Below, in pieces: positions 28,338 to 44,684 of a DNA stretch of 64,000 nucleotides. The stretch is from assembly GCF_009914755.1 (NCBI RefSeq), contig NC_060929.1; one strand, written 5' to 3'. The DNA comes from the human T2T-CHM13v2.0 reference genome, Homo sapiens. A program made the position numbers and the translations under genes. How positions within the stretch are numbered: position 1 is the stretch's first letter; every line of letters starts with the position of its first letter. Below the pieces are notes generated by a model that worked only from the letters and a program-made list of their open reading frames with translations, made no database searches and was not told the DNA's origin.

Positions 28338-29576
28338 TAGTCCTTAATGACCATCTCTAGTAGGAAAAGCCACTCTGTGCTTTCCTTTTCCATGAAGTTA
28401 GGAAATCTGTCTGTGGGTTACTGAGATGTTCATGTCACTTAGATCACCATCTCCAAGGTAGGGACCTGGCTTCACAATCCAGAGTTTTAAATGGAGCCCA
28501 TACTGCAGACTTTGTTTAGTGAACTTTCTCACTTTCTGTCCTTGAACTTCTCTGTAGTAATAATCACAATTGCTATCATTAATGAGGGTTTATTATGTTC
28601 CAGGCAACATATCTAACATTTATTTATTTTTTCCTCCTATCTTCATAACAATATTGTGATGTAGATGTTATTAATGACATCTTTCAGATGAGGAGACTGT
28701 GGCAAAGGGAGATGAATTAACTTGCTCAGAGTCACACTACCAGACTGCAAACTCAGGTGCTTTTTATTATGCAGAATACCCGCTGCAGACCTAATCCTGC
28801 CCCAGGCTCTGAGGCCAGCTTTGTTCGCAGGGAGATTTTAAGGAGGGTATATAATTTAAGGTGTGGTAGAAAGAATACTGGACTGGGATGCTGGTTTGCT
28901 GGACTGTCATCTCAAATCTTTGATTTGACTCATCCTGGGGCCTGGATGAGTCAGCCTTTGTGTGTGGGCCCTGGTTTTCTGACCCCTAAGAAGGAAGCTG
29001 GAGCTTGACCTTCTCTAAAGCTATACCTGGCCCTAACATTTAGTGATCTTCATGGTTGGGAGTAAAAGTGTGCGTGTTTGCCTGTTCAGCAGCTGCTTTG
29101 TGCAGAACCTGCTGAGGTCAGCAGCTGCCCTGTAGCTGTTCTAGCATCAGACTCCTACAGGAAAAAGTCTCAATTTATGGAATGTTCTGCTCTGGTAAGT
29201 TGGATGGAATTCTATCTGATGCTGTTTTAAAAACAAATTATGTAGAAGCCAAACCATTTTACTTCCCTCACTGTAGACCACACATAGCAACACAGTCTGT
29301 GTCTTTGTTCATGTTTTTAGAATTCCATCGACAGAGAGGAGAAAATACATCTGGGGAATTTGCCGCTGCTCTGAGTTCCAAAGTCCAAACCAATGTAATT
29401 GTTTCAGAATAACGGATGACACTTTTAGCTTGCAAACAAGGGGCGCCAATGCGTGAATTCTGGTAGGAGGTGAGGCCTAGGGTGTACCTATCATAATAAG
29501 ATCATATATTTTTTGTAGTGCTTTATATAAATCTACCTATAATCAAGATTACCTAGGAAGCTAGTTAAAAATAAAA

Positions 29577-30240
<664 letters not shown>

Positions 30241-30277
30241 TCAAGTTGGGCCCAGAAATCTATTTTTTTTTCCTTGA

Positions 30278-30482
30278 CGTATGTTTCATTTAACCCAATA
30301 TATCCCAGATATTATCATTGCAATATATAATCAGTATAAAGATTATTAATTCATGGGATATTTCACAATTTTTTTGTTACCAGTTCATTGAAATCTAGTG
30401 TGCACATTTCAATTTTACCCAAGTGTATTTCAAGTGTAAGATAGCTATTTATGGCTAGTGGTTACTGTACTGGATGGTACAA
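30278..30482. mobile_element. MER33-like hAT MITE fragment
   Basis: tttaacccaatatatcc...atattatcatt...tggctagtggttactgtactgga. Confidence 0.7.
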
Positions 30483-31637
30483 CTTCAGAATATGTTACCA
30501 TCTATTGATCTTAATCCTCCTTTATTTTGAACAAACCCAGTCACTAAAAAATTGAAATTGGAATCCTGAAACTTTAGAAGTGAAAGTGTACTTAGAAATC
30601 ATCTAATGCAGTTTTCTCAATTCTATATCAAAATAAGAAAACAACTTTGGGATTAGAATGACAGCCAGATTATGTTCTCCTGAGTCCTGAATCCCATGCT
30701 GTTAAAATGGGAACATTAGCATTTGAATTTATTAGAAAAATTTCTGGCCTTGCCTTAAAAAAAAAAAATCACTGTAGAATTCCCCTTAAAATTGCCCACT
30801 TCTGAAAAATTTAACACCTACAAATTTTTATTTTTAAAAATAGAATAAAATTTATTTTATTTTTAAAAATAAAAATTCAGTTTGCACATACATTTTCCAT
30901 ATTGCATCCGTTGCACAAAGTGATTCCACCTGCTCATTTTTAGTGCCCATCTAAAAATGGCATATTTTGTAGATTGAAGAGCAACACTTGTCTATTTATA
31001 CAGCTAAAACAATAGTTACATAAGGAAAAAAAAGGAATGTTTTAAGGTTTGTACACTTAAATTTTTTTTTTTTTTTTTTTTTTTTGGCCATCAAACTTGC
31101 AGACTTTTTTTACTCAGTTGCTCACTCTTCTGAGTCTAAATATCTAATGGAGATTTGGACTTTGTGTTCTGTTTATTGTCCTCAGTAATCTGAAGGACAA
31201 GCTTGCCTTCAACTCTCACATAGTACAACCCTCATTTAGACAGTTAACAGGTACTATTAAAATCTCCCATAGGGCGGGAACTGGCAATTGCAGCAATAGA
31301 CTTGGCTATCAGATTTCATCAAAGGGAGCCTAAGGGCAGTGTGGCCATGGATGCCAGCACTCATGGGGACAGACAGAGAGCAGGAGGAGGAGGCCTTGGT
31401 TTCCAAAAAGAGCCATAGAAAGAACTCCGGGGAGTGGCTCTGCCCACTGTCTGATGCTTGAATCCTTACATAACTGCTCTGAGAAAGGGCTTTTGCTTGG
31501 ATTTTTTCAGGGATAAGGGAACAGGCTTTCTCCCAGAGTGATCTGTTCTATTTGGAACAGATCTGTCTTTGATAGAAAGTTCTTCCTTACACCTAGCAAA
31601 AAATCAGCCCTCTTGACTCTCCACGTACTGATCCTAG

Positions 31638-31886
<249 letters not shown>

Positions 31887-32100
31887 TAAAGACAGTTTTT
31901 GTACCCCTCAAGTTGCTAGGTGGAACCTTCTCAGTGCTTTCAACCATTCCTCATTTAGTTGGTTTCCTACCCCTCTTGATCCTAGTTCTGACCCCTGGAT
32001 ATACCACAATTTGTCATTATCCCCTTTATAGCATGCTGCCTGGAAGAGAACACATTATCTGGCAATTCTGAGTTGTGTAACATGTACCCATGTGTAACAT

Positions 32101-32202
32101 CTAGCATGTAGAGTGGATGGAGCAGATGTCCACTTACTGGCCTGTAGAGTGGATGGAGCCGAGGTCCACTTACTAGCATGTGGGATGGATGGAGCCGATG
32201 TC
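32101..32202. repeat. Detached, roughly 3-unit copy of the 36-bp minisatellite
   Basis: ctagcatgtagagtggatggagcagatgtccactta...; same orientation as 26871-27595. Confidence 0.95.
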
Positions 32203-32618
32203 TACCCATGATTCTCTCATGTCCTAATGCAACCTAGAATTGTGTTGGTTTATTTGGCATCTTGGATTATATTATTGCCTTCTGTTGAGCTTATCATCAA
32301 CCAGAACTCCCAAGCAGAATTTTTTTTTTCTGTTTTCAATATGCATGCAGTTGCTTAGCCACATCTTCCATATCCCGCAGGCTTATTGGACCTTAAATCT
32401 ATAGATTTCAGCTTCTTGTTGAGAAGTTTTCTTAGCAATATTCTGCTGTGGGTAACTTCAGTTTTTATACACAACATAAAGAAGTCTCTCTGCAGTGTTT
32501 GAGATAAATTGAACATCTGTACCAAGTAGACAACAGAGAGGTTTCTCGGTTGCTAGGGAAGGATTGGGCAATTAATAAGTCCCTGTATTCCATCCTTTCA
32601 CCTTCAGTAATATATAGG

Positions 32619-33083
32619 TGTCAACCTAAAGGAAGAAGTTGAGACACAAAATGCAATTTTTAACAGTTTACTTGAACTGTTTACTTGAACCAAGTGAGGA
32701 CAGCTGCCCGGGACACACTTCCAAGTTGCCTGGGGGAGTGCGTCCTTCGGCCTTTGTTACCACAGATTCTTAAAGGCAAAAGCGAACAAGGAGAGGACTG
32801 ATACAAAGTGACTTGACAGGAATTCTCATCAGTTTACAGAAATAGCATGGATTATTGATGGGCTGTACATTGTTGGACTATAGGGTATGAGTTATGATGT
32901 CCAGTGTTAGCATTTTATGACTTAGTGGTGTCAGTTAGTCTAGAACCCACATAGCAAGTGGCTTCAAGAGGTAATTATTTAACTCAAGGGGGGAGTGACA
33001 CATGACTGCTCTCACATTTTAGTGCCTCTCTGGACCCGTAATTTAAAGGGATTCCTCAGATAAAAAGTTTCTTTTCTTTCTCA
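32619..33083 (-). mobile_element. ERV1-class (MER4-group-like) solo LTR
   Basis: TG...CA termini; minus strand starts TGAGAAAGAAAAGAAACTTTTTATCTGAGGAAT; subfamily uncertain. Confidence 0.7.
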
Positions 33084-33152
33084 CAAGATTCACTTGGAAG
33101 GTTCTATCTTCAGATGCTTTTGGTTTGTTGGAAGGGACTAGAAATTGGCAGC

Positions 33153-33284
33153 TTTTTCTTTTTTTCAGTAGAGGCAGGGTCTCACTATGGTGCCCAGGCT
33201 GGTCTTGAACTCCTGGGCCCAAGTGATCCTCCCACCTCAGCCTCCCCAAATGCTGGGATTACAGGTGTGAGACACTGCACTCAG
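33153..33284 (-). mobile_element. FLAM_C-like Alu monomer
   Basis: Single Alu arm. Confidence 0.85.
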
Positions 33285-34676
33285 CTGCTGTTTGCATAAA
33301 TAATTATGTTCATTGACACCTAGAATATTAGTGCTAGAGGGAGTTGAGAGATATTTTAGTTTATGCCCCATGCTTTTTGCACATTTGAAAATGGTTCACA
33401 GGTACTAAGCAAACTGTTGACAGAGGTAGGCTTGGCGCCTGGGCCTCCTGACATACCTGTAAACTGATTTACGAGCTTATACCTGTATAGCAAGAGGTTA
33501 CAATGCTGGTATTAAGATACTTCAGAGATTTTTTTTTTCTCCCGGCCCTCTAGTGAGTTTAATTGCCCCAGAGCTGGTTGGCGTCCTTGAATTCCTCTAG
33601 CTCATGAGTAAATGAAGCTCTCATAGATTTTTAGCCAAGTGGCTCTGGCAATGAAGCTAGGCAGGATCGTCTCTGGGATTTCCAGGTCCTTTGCTGGCAT
33701 TTTGCCAGGTACTTCCCTTGTGAGATAGCTTGGGGGTCCTTCCTACATTGCAATTGTTGAGAGAAAATGCGATCTCCCGTGGATCTCTCTGGTGCCAGAC
33801 TGGGGTGTTTCCAAAGGAGTACCCTGGCACTGGACCTAAGGAGAGCCTTCGGCGGAGCACCATCCTCTGGCAGGTGGTGCTGGGTGTCGGGGCAGGGTGG
33901 GGTGCTGTGGCAGCAGTTGGAGGTCCTGTCTCCTCTCAAGGTAGCTGAGATAGAGTGCCCAGGCTTAAGGTGGGCATCCAGCCACATGCCGGAGGACAGT
34001 CTGACGGGCAAGTAGCTGTGCCAGTCTGCCAAGTGTCGGGAGGATTTTTGTCATTTTTTATATTAATGTACCCTTTTTTTGTCACTTGGTTCTTGAAGAG
34101 CAGGAAGTTGACTCTTTCACTGTGCTGTAATACTCTCTCATAGCAACTGGGACTCTGTAGAGTGGTTGTTTTCAGATTCTGACAGGGGTCAGGAGATAAC
34201 GTTTTCTGCTTGGTACTACCTAGCTGTTGCAGGGCAGGTTACTTCATCTTTTAGCATTGATTCTTCATCTTTAAAGTAAGGGGCTTAGAGTGACCTGTGA
34301 AGGCTCATTTAGCAATGGTCTCTAGGATTCTAGGGGCCTACATCGCTCCCAAAATGTGTCCTTATTGTGTATCTTTAAGAAGCCCTTGCTCTTCTCTTTT
34401 GTGTAGTATTAATAGTATTCCTGAGTAAATCCACCCAGGGGACACCACTCTCACCACCCTCCCAACACATTGAAAGGACATTTTTTTCTCTCACCATTTT
34501 AAAAATGAGCACATCTATAAAAATAAAAAGGAAGAAGAGTTGTGGATGGGAGATGTTGAGACGAGGGCCAGGGTGAGCACCTTTCAGTTTCCTGGTCCTC
34601 CTCTGAGCTGCTTTCAGCTACCATTTCTCAGTACTCAGGTTGGCAGCAAGAAAGGAGTCCCAGGGTCAGGGTATAA

Positions 34677-35345
<669 letters not shown>

Positions 35346-35770
35346 TGAACTATTGCACAAGGTCCAAGACATTATCTCAGAAAGGAGTAGATAATCCTGA
35401 CCTAAGGAATAGGGAATGCGGAATTCCAGGAAGCACTTCTCTTTCATTTTCCCCCACTCCTCCCAAGCAGTGCCTCACTTCTGCCTTGTCTAGCTGTACT
35501 CCGGAAAATTAAGAAATTTATGAGTGTAGCACCACGTATACCAATGGGAAGGATGGGAGTCAGAAGTCAAGTGAACTCAGCCCGCCTCTGTGTACTTTGC
35601 ACTTTTCCATTTCCCTTGGTACCAGGCACTTTCATACTTAATCCATAGTGGAGCTGTCACAGTGAGCAACTCTGACAATGACAGCTTCTACCCCAGAGGC
35701 CACCCCAAATATGGAGCTAAAGGCTCCAGCTGCAGGAGGTCTTAATGCTGGCCCTGTCCCCCCAGCTGCC

Positions 35771-35913
35771 ATGTCCACGCAGAGACTTCGGAATGAAGAC
35801 TACCACGACTACAGCTCCACGGACGTGAGCCCTGAGGAGAGCCCGTCGGAAGGCCTCAACAACCTCTCCTCCCCGGGCTCCTACCAGCGCTTTGGTCAAA
35901 GCAATAGCACAAC
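35771..35913 (+). CDS. SLC36A1: SLC36A1 exon 2 coding part (exon starts 35766): [16 protein letters not shown]...QSNST
   Basis: Acceptor cccag|ctgccATG, donor AAC|GTGAGT; recognisable human PAT1 N-terminus; 143 nt. Confidence 0.97.
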
Positions 35914-37971
35914 GTGAGTAGCTGTTACCTTCTCCTCTCCTGGGTGGGATTCGTGTTCCTAAGCCTCCCTTGGACTTATTTTTCCCCCCAATTTCATCAG
36001 TCCTCCACTTTACAGATGAAGGTCAGCAGTGAAGAGATTGGGCGAGTGACTGCGCTGAGATTTGCCTTCCTGGGCTGCCACTCTCTAGGCAGTTTCTTAC
36101 TCTTTTTTCCTTTCAGCTGTGTTGGCCCCCCAAGGCTGGTGCCAAGTGAGAGCTTGGACTTAAAAAAAGCTTCTACAGAGGACATTCTTTTAATTTAAAA
36201 GTGTGTCATCTGTGCTAGAACCCCAAATAATTTCCAAGCATAATCGGAAGCTTCCTTTGCAAAGTCTCCCCCCGAATTCTGCCCCATCACCAAATCAGTA
36301 TTCATTTGACTGAAGAAGTGGGAAGAGAGAAGAATTAACTTCTGCACTTAAAAAATTCAGGGTTGGTAGGAAAGGAAAGATAGACTTTGCATTCTCCAAA
36401 GAGGGCTTAATGTCTTGTCTCCAGAAACTGGGACCCCAGACTCATTTGGGCTGAGTTTGGCCCGCTTCAGGTCTCACTTTCCCCAAATGTAAAGAAAAAT
36501 TGAGGACTCCACCACAAAGCTATGCTGGCTGTGTGGGGCTCACCACTTGAATTAGAAAATTCAGAGGAAGTTTTGCTACTCCATTGAGTTAGTTTCCCAG
36601 CTACTCCTGATTTCAGCAGACCTCTGACTTTTCTCTGTGTCCCAGCATCTCAGCTTTTGCAGTCCTGTTTATTCCTCAAGCTTAGCTATTACCTTTTCTG
36701 TGTTTTCTTGTGGACTGAGTGTGACTTACTGAGAGATCCTTCATGTCCTAGACTTATGCCATTCCTGATGACTGCCCAAGCGGACCATGGAAGCTTCTGG
36801 GCTCATCACTGGAGAAGCTCCCTCTGCCTGCACTGTCTGCTGGTACAGGGCATTTTCTCTTGCGAACTGGGGTGGAACTAGAAGAATGTCTGTCCACATT
36901 CCTGGCCCGTCACCACCACTAGCTGATTTCTATGCCTCAGGCTGGAAGTACTCAACCAGTCCTCTAAGATTCTGTTTCTGTAGCTTATTTCTCAGGGGTA
37001 TGCTTTTGTAGATTCCCCATTAGCCTGCAGTGGGAGTTAGCTGGTGGTAGATTGCTTAGAGCACAGCTGGCAGCAGTGTGGATCACCCTGCCCCTCTTTC
37101 CTCCAACCTTATCAGCATTGGCAGCCCCCATGCAGAAGCATCTCCACACACAGCCAATGGCATGTGATGGCTTCCCTTCAGAGGTCATGCTTGTTATCGT
37201 AAGATACTTCTAAGCTTCCTTCTCTGTAGTTTCCTTTGCAGTTTTTGCTCCTTTTTGATCTCAGATATCAACTTGTCTAAGCAATATTTAGCAGATGAGG
37301 TCTGGATTTTTATGTTTATAGAGACATCTCTGAAGCTCAAAACCTACCAACTAGCAACTTTAGGATAGTAGCTCATAGGTTTTGGACAAAATTATGTCCT
37401 TGTTTCTTGGAAATCGAACAAATCAGAAGATACCTTCCTCAGGCTTGTATTGTGACATTTTCCAGGGTATACTTTGTTCCGAGTTTCCCTTCCTGCCTTG
37501 ATGTTGTGATACAGTGTAGGTGACCAGGGAAGCCTATCTGTAGTTGATGGCAGGTATTACAGTCCCATCACAGGTGGTACAAGATAAAGTAATTTGCTGG
37601 GGCTTAGAGGACTGGTTGAGTACTTCCAGCCTGGGGCATAGGATCCACGCAAGGATTTATATAGAAAACATGCCAGGTATGATTAAGGTAGAGGTTGATT
37701 TGGAGGACCTTCTTAACCTAAATTAATATTTTAATATGTCGGAAGTGTTAGAGACAAGTTTTTGAGCTGGGTTCCTTTTATATTTCTGGTTTGCCCCACC
37801 CTTTTATCTAGTTTGCCAAGGAACAAAATACATGGAAGTACTTCTACACCTACTGCACATATGCATGCACACACCTGGCTCTTCTAGAAGTCAAGGGCTC
37901 AGCAAAAACCCCTAGTTAGGGGGTGCAAATAGGAACCCCAAACACTTCCATGAGTTTCATGGGTTACTTCC

Positions 37972-38266
37972 TTTTATTTTTTTGAGACAGGGTCTTGCTC
38001 TGTTGTCCAGGCTGGAGTGCACTGGCACAATCATGGCTCACTGCAACCTCCATCTCCTGGGCTCAAGTGATCCTCCCACCTTAGTTTCCTAAGTAGCTGA
38101 GACTACAGGCATGCTCCTGGCTACTTTTTGTATTTTTTTTTTTTTTTTTGTAGAGATAGGGTTTTGCTATGTTGCCCACTTAGTCTTAAACACCTGGGCT
38201 CAAGTGATCCGCCTGCCTCGGCCTCCCAAAGTGCTTGGATTATAGGCATGAGCACCATGCCTGACC
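37972..38266 (-). mobile_element. AluJ element
   Basis: Diverged dimeric Alu. Confidence 0.9.
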
Positions 38267-38485
38267 TGTGAATTATTTCTTAGTGTGTTCAGTGAGGTTA
38301 TTTACTAACACTTGATGTTACCAAGCTATTGACTGCTTCGAAGACAGCCTCATTTTATGCTGTTGGGCAGATTTTTCTTCTTGTTGCCCCTCTGAGTTCC
38401 ATTATATATATCAAGCCTCCGTGCTTCTTCCCCATGCAAACTGAAACCAGCAGACTGAAACTGGCTCTCTAAAGGTGAGCTGGAG

Positions 38486-39656
<1,171 letters not shown>

Positions 39657-39858
39657 TTAAATACTAAATGTATCAGGGACTTCTGGCCTCTTATGGTGTG
39701 GTGTGACTTTTATGCTGTTCACTTTGTATCTTTCTGTTACAGGGTTTGGGGCTTCTGTTATTATTATTATTATTTTTTAATTTCCTCTGTTCTCTTACCA
39801 GTGTTTGTCCGTCATTGTTTGGTTTGTCATCCTCTGTTGCAGTTTTGGGATCTGAGTC

Positions 39859-40152
<294 letters not shown>

Positions 40153-40304
40153 AGGTCTGAGCCTTTACAGTGGTCAGTTCAGTGGTTAGAACCAGACCCA
40201 AATACACTTGGAAAGGATAGAGTGTCTGAAGAGAGTTGGAGCACCCCTCTGGTCTAATCTCTGAGAGAAGGGATTCTCAGAAATGTCAGAGAGTGGAGAC
40301 TTAC

Positions 40305-40651
<347 letters not shown>

Positions 40652-41491
40652 TGACAAATTTTAGGAGGTAGCTTTTTGTTGTTGTTAAAATGTACTTGCT
40701 TTAAAACATTTTAAATAGAGAAGCATTTTAAAAAAATCAGTTGACAAAAAGCGGAATTCAGACATTCATTCACTTAAAGATATTTATTGAGAGTGTTCTG
40801 TGCGTTAGGCACTGTTCTAAGCTCTTAGAATACATCAGTGAATTAAATATTCCTGCCCTCATGGAGCTTACTTCATGGTGGAGAGGATGTACTGAGATGG
40901 CTCGAGCAGTTTCTGTCAATAATATGAACTAATGAGTTAGTTACAGATGTCTGCCCATTTTCTACAGTCTCCCATGCCCTGTTCCTAAATGGCCAACTGC
41001 AAGAATCTTATGTCTTCTTTTTGTGATTTACCTCCAGTTGACTGCCTGCCCAAAGCCATTCTGGTTTCTTTCGGAGTTGAAGAGAGACTCAGAGATGTGG
41101 GTTGCCCTTAGCTAAGTGCAGTCTTTCTTGATCTGGCATTGCTGTAAAGATAACTTACCCGTCTCACCTCACATCCCTTAGCCCAGCTCTTCCCACAGTC
41201 ACAGGAGCCTTCTATTCTGCTGATGTGCACCAGTCTTGGAACAGACTTATCTTATGTCCTTCTTCTCCACGTGACTAAATCTCTCGAAAATGTGCTAAAG
41301 TTCAGATAACACCCATCTCACAGAGCTAATCTCCATGATCACGTTTCTCTCTCTAATGCTGGGCCCAAAGTTTTGTCACTGAAAACTGCCTTAGTAGCTT
41401 TTTAATCCTTTGTGAACTGAGTATCCATTGGGTTCACTCCTAATTCTACCTACTTTTCTCTCTCTCTTTTGCCTGCAATATCTGTCCCCAG

Positions 41492-41580
41492 ATGGGTCCC
41501 ATCAGCCTGCTGATCATAGGCATCGTGGCCGTGCACTGCATGGGTATCCTGGTGAAATGTGCTCACCACTTCTGCCGCAG
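41492..41580 (+). CDS. SLC36A1: SLC36A1 exon 4 ([29 protein letters not shown])
   Basis: ccccag|ATG acceptor, CAG|GTGAGA donor; 89 nt. Confidence 0.98.
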
Positions 41581-42010
41581 GTGAGAGCCCTCTGAGCCAC
41601 CTCTCAAGTGACAGATTGTCCTTTTGGGTTCTGTTATCAACCCTGAAAATGAGCACTGATGCAGACCACTCTCAATTCTTTACACTGGCTGGAGGTAGCA
41701 GCTTATGATTGCAGCGTTTTCCTTTCCCTGGTTATTTTTGCGTTCTTTTCTGGCTCATTATCATCTGTTAAATTTACTTATGCCCAGTGGGTACTACATT
41801 CTAATTTCATGGGCGTTGTAATATTTACCCCATTGAAATGATTCTACCAGATGGTTGTTAATTATAATAAAAGTAACCATCCTGTCGACTGAATACTTCT
41901 GATCTTTGAAAGCACGAGATACAGGACTCAGAGTGGTACCTCCAGGGTGAAAGATGGGAACTGGCCCAGGTCTCAGTGGCTCTTTTTGTTCTGTCATTGT
42001 CATTGTCTAA

Positions 42011-42148
<138 letters not shown>

Positions 42149-43977
42149 TAACTGATTTCCTCCTTCCTTTCAACTGTGGCCTCCCAGTGTGAGGCCTTCA
42201 GATGGGGAGGTGCAACGTGGGAGACAGTGTAAAGCGTGGAAAGAGTGCTGTTTGGGTCAGTTGCCTTGGGCTGTGGCTCAGCTCTGCTGGTAGTAAGCTG
42301 TGTGACCTGGGGCTGGGTAACCCCTTTTTTCCTTGGGTTTTAGTTTTCTTATCAGGAAAGCATGGGGCCTGGCCTGAATGGTCTCTAGAGCCATTCCAGC
42401 TTTGGCGGTCTATGACCAGTGATTGTTTTTGATTCACTCATTTGTTCAACAAATGTATTTAAGCACTATCTTATAAATGGAACAAAACAGTTCTAGGTAA
42501 GAAGGGAAGATTTCCTGAAGTAAATTATGTGGTTCCTACCCTCCAGAGGCTTGTAGTCTGTGTAAGGAAAAAGAAATGTGGGAAGAGAAGCCGGGGAACA
42601 AGATAAGAGACCAGTAGTGGGAGACACCCATAAGAAGAAAGTGTCATGAGCTAGGAGTACACCCTCAGTGCTCAGAGAGAGAGGAACTTTAAAGATTCTC
42701 TTGTCGGCTGTGCCAGATGAGAAACGCACATGAGAGATAGGAGCAAAGAAGGCTTCAGGAGAAGGTGAGATAAACTAGAGCAGGGTGTGGAGATGAGTTT
42801 GGAGGTGGGAAGTATTTGCAAATTTCTCGTTATGGTAACTCTTCAGTGTTTGGAGGGAAATATTATGTTTGTTTTCTACATTTAAATGTAGGAAATTGAT
42901 ACTATCAAGGGCTAAAAATTCTTAAAAAAAAAAAAAGAACCACATTAAAACTATGTTCTCTAGAAAAGTTCCTTTTTGTTGTCATAGAGGAAACTTACTT
43001 TCATTCATAGTCACCTTTATCCTGTGATGCAGATTATATAGTTCTTTTGGCCAAATTATTTTCTGTAACTGGGAGAAGCTAGATTGCCAGGTGACCACCA
43101 TGAGTTGGGTGGTTGTTAATTCTTCCTTCCATTCTTTCTTACTACTTCCTTTCTTCCGCCCTCCTTCCCTCCTTTCCTTCCTTCCTTTTAATAAAATGTG
43201 TGCTATTTTAATGCGTGCTCATAGTAAAAACTTTGTTTTGATCAAGATAGGACATAAAGTAAAAAGTGAAAGAAAATTTTGGTCACAGTTGCATGGGTAG
43301 CCTTTTGGAATTTGCTGTATAAGTAGAAACATACACATGTTCTTAAAGTTTTTTGCACAGATTGACCATACTATGTATACTGTTTGGAAACTTGCTTTTT
43401 CCCCTTAAACGTCTGAGACGTTTTTCTCTATCAGCACATAGAGATTTAACACATTCTTTTTAACTGCTGTGTAATGTTCCATTTAAGAACGGTCTATAAT
43501 TTAATCACTCTGCTTTTGATGATCCTTTAGGTTGTTACCAGCTGCTATTGTTCAACCAGCAGTCTGTTTTTGGTACATCAGTTTCTGTGTCCTTAATGTG
43601 GGACTTGGTTGGTTCTTATATCCAAGTTATAGAGACAGTGAAGGGGACTATTTCCTTGTGTTTTATGTCAAGGGCTCCCTGTAACTAACAAAAAAGTGTG
43701 AGATGGGATAGGTGGGCAGATGTGTAGAGAGGATGCTAAGGGGCTGGGCAGTGGTCATGGTGTCTGTGCATGTGTCTCACCTCATGCAGCATTCCAGACG
43801 AGAAGCCAGGAAGGGGACGTCGGAAACCACACAGATAGCACCTCCCTCACCTTCTTCCCAATGCCCCAGACCAGTGGCACCTAGCATGGTTTCTTCTCCT
43901 GCCAGGGCATCTCGTCCTTGTCACTGCCAGGAAGGGTCTGTGATGGCTTGGGGAAAAGCACTGTTAAAAAAACACTT

Positions 43978-44109
43978 AATGGGCACAATGTACACTGTTT
44001 GGGTGATGGGTACACTAAACGCCCAGGCACTACCACTATGCAGTATATCCATTTAACAAAACAGCACTTGTACTCCCTAAATCTATTAAAAAACAAAAAC
44101 AAAAAACAC
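43978..44109 (+). mobile_element. Very short L1PB-like 3' end
   Basis: gggcacaatgtacactgtttgggtgatgggtacactaaa...cacttgtactccctaaatctat plus A tail; aaaaaacac duplicated on both flanks. Confidence 0.8.
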
Positions 44110-44176
44110 CTCCCCTTCTGGGAGCATTGCATTTGTATTGTAACAGTCTTTGTATTCCTTCCTTCCCCACCTCCAG

Positions 44177-44261
44177 ACGTGTTGTGGACTTCTTCCTGAT
44201 TGTCACCCAGCTGGGATTCTGCTGTGTCTATTTTGTGTTTCTGGCTGACAACTTTAAACAG
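44177..44261 (+). CDS. SLC36A1: SLC36A1 exon 6 ([28 protein letters not shown])
   Basis: ctccag|A acceptor, CAG|GTAGGC donor; 85 nt. Confidence 0.98.
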
Positions 44262-44684
44262 GTAGGCACCTGGTTAAAAAAGAAAAAAAAAAAAAAAACC
44301 AGAGCGAGAATGGCAAAAGATGATTGAAGTTTTTGTTTAGGATTTTTTCCAAATCAGCTTTTGTCAACAAAAGAGTTAAAGTTTTCATATTTTACATAGA
44401 TCTACGTCTTCTATTTGATTCCCATGGAAAGAGCTCGGGCATAGAGAAACCGCCACATGTCTTGTCGACCCTCCTGTCCTAGGTACATATGATCAAACCT
44501 AGCTCAGACAATTGGGTTGCTGATGATAGTCGTGAAGTTCTCTAAAGATGGCTCACTGGCCACAGATTCTAAAAGGCCTTGTTCACACACCTGAGCCTTT
44601 CCTCAGGAACCTCTTCCAGCAGAGGATCCACCGGCCTCTGTTGTTTGAGAGGTGTTTCCGTTTTCTTCCTTCCCCTCATTCTAG

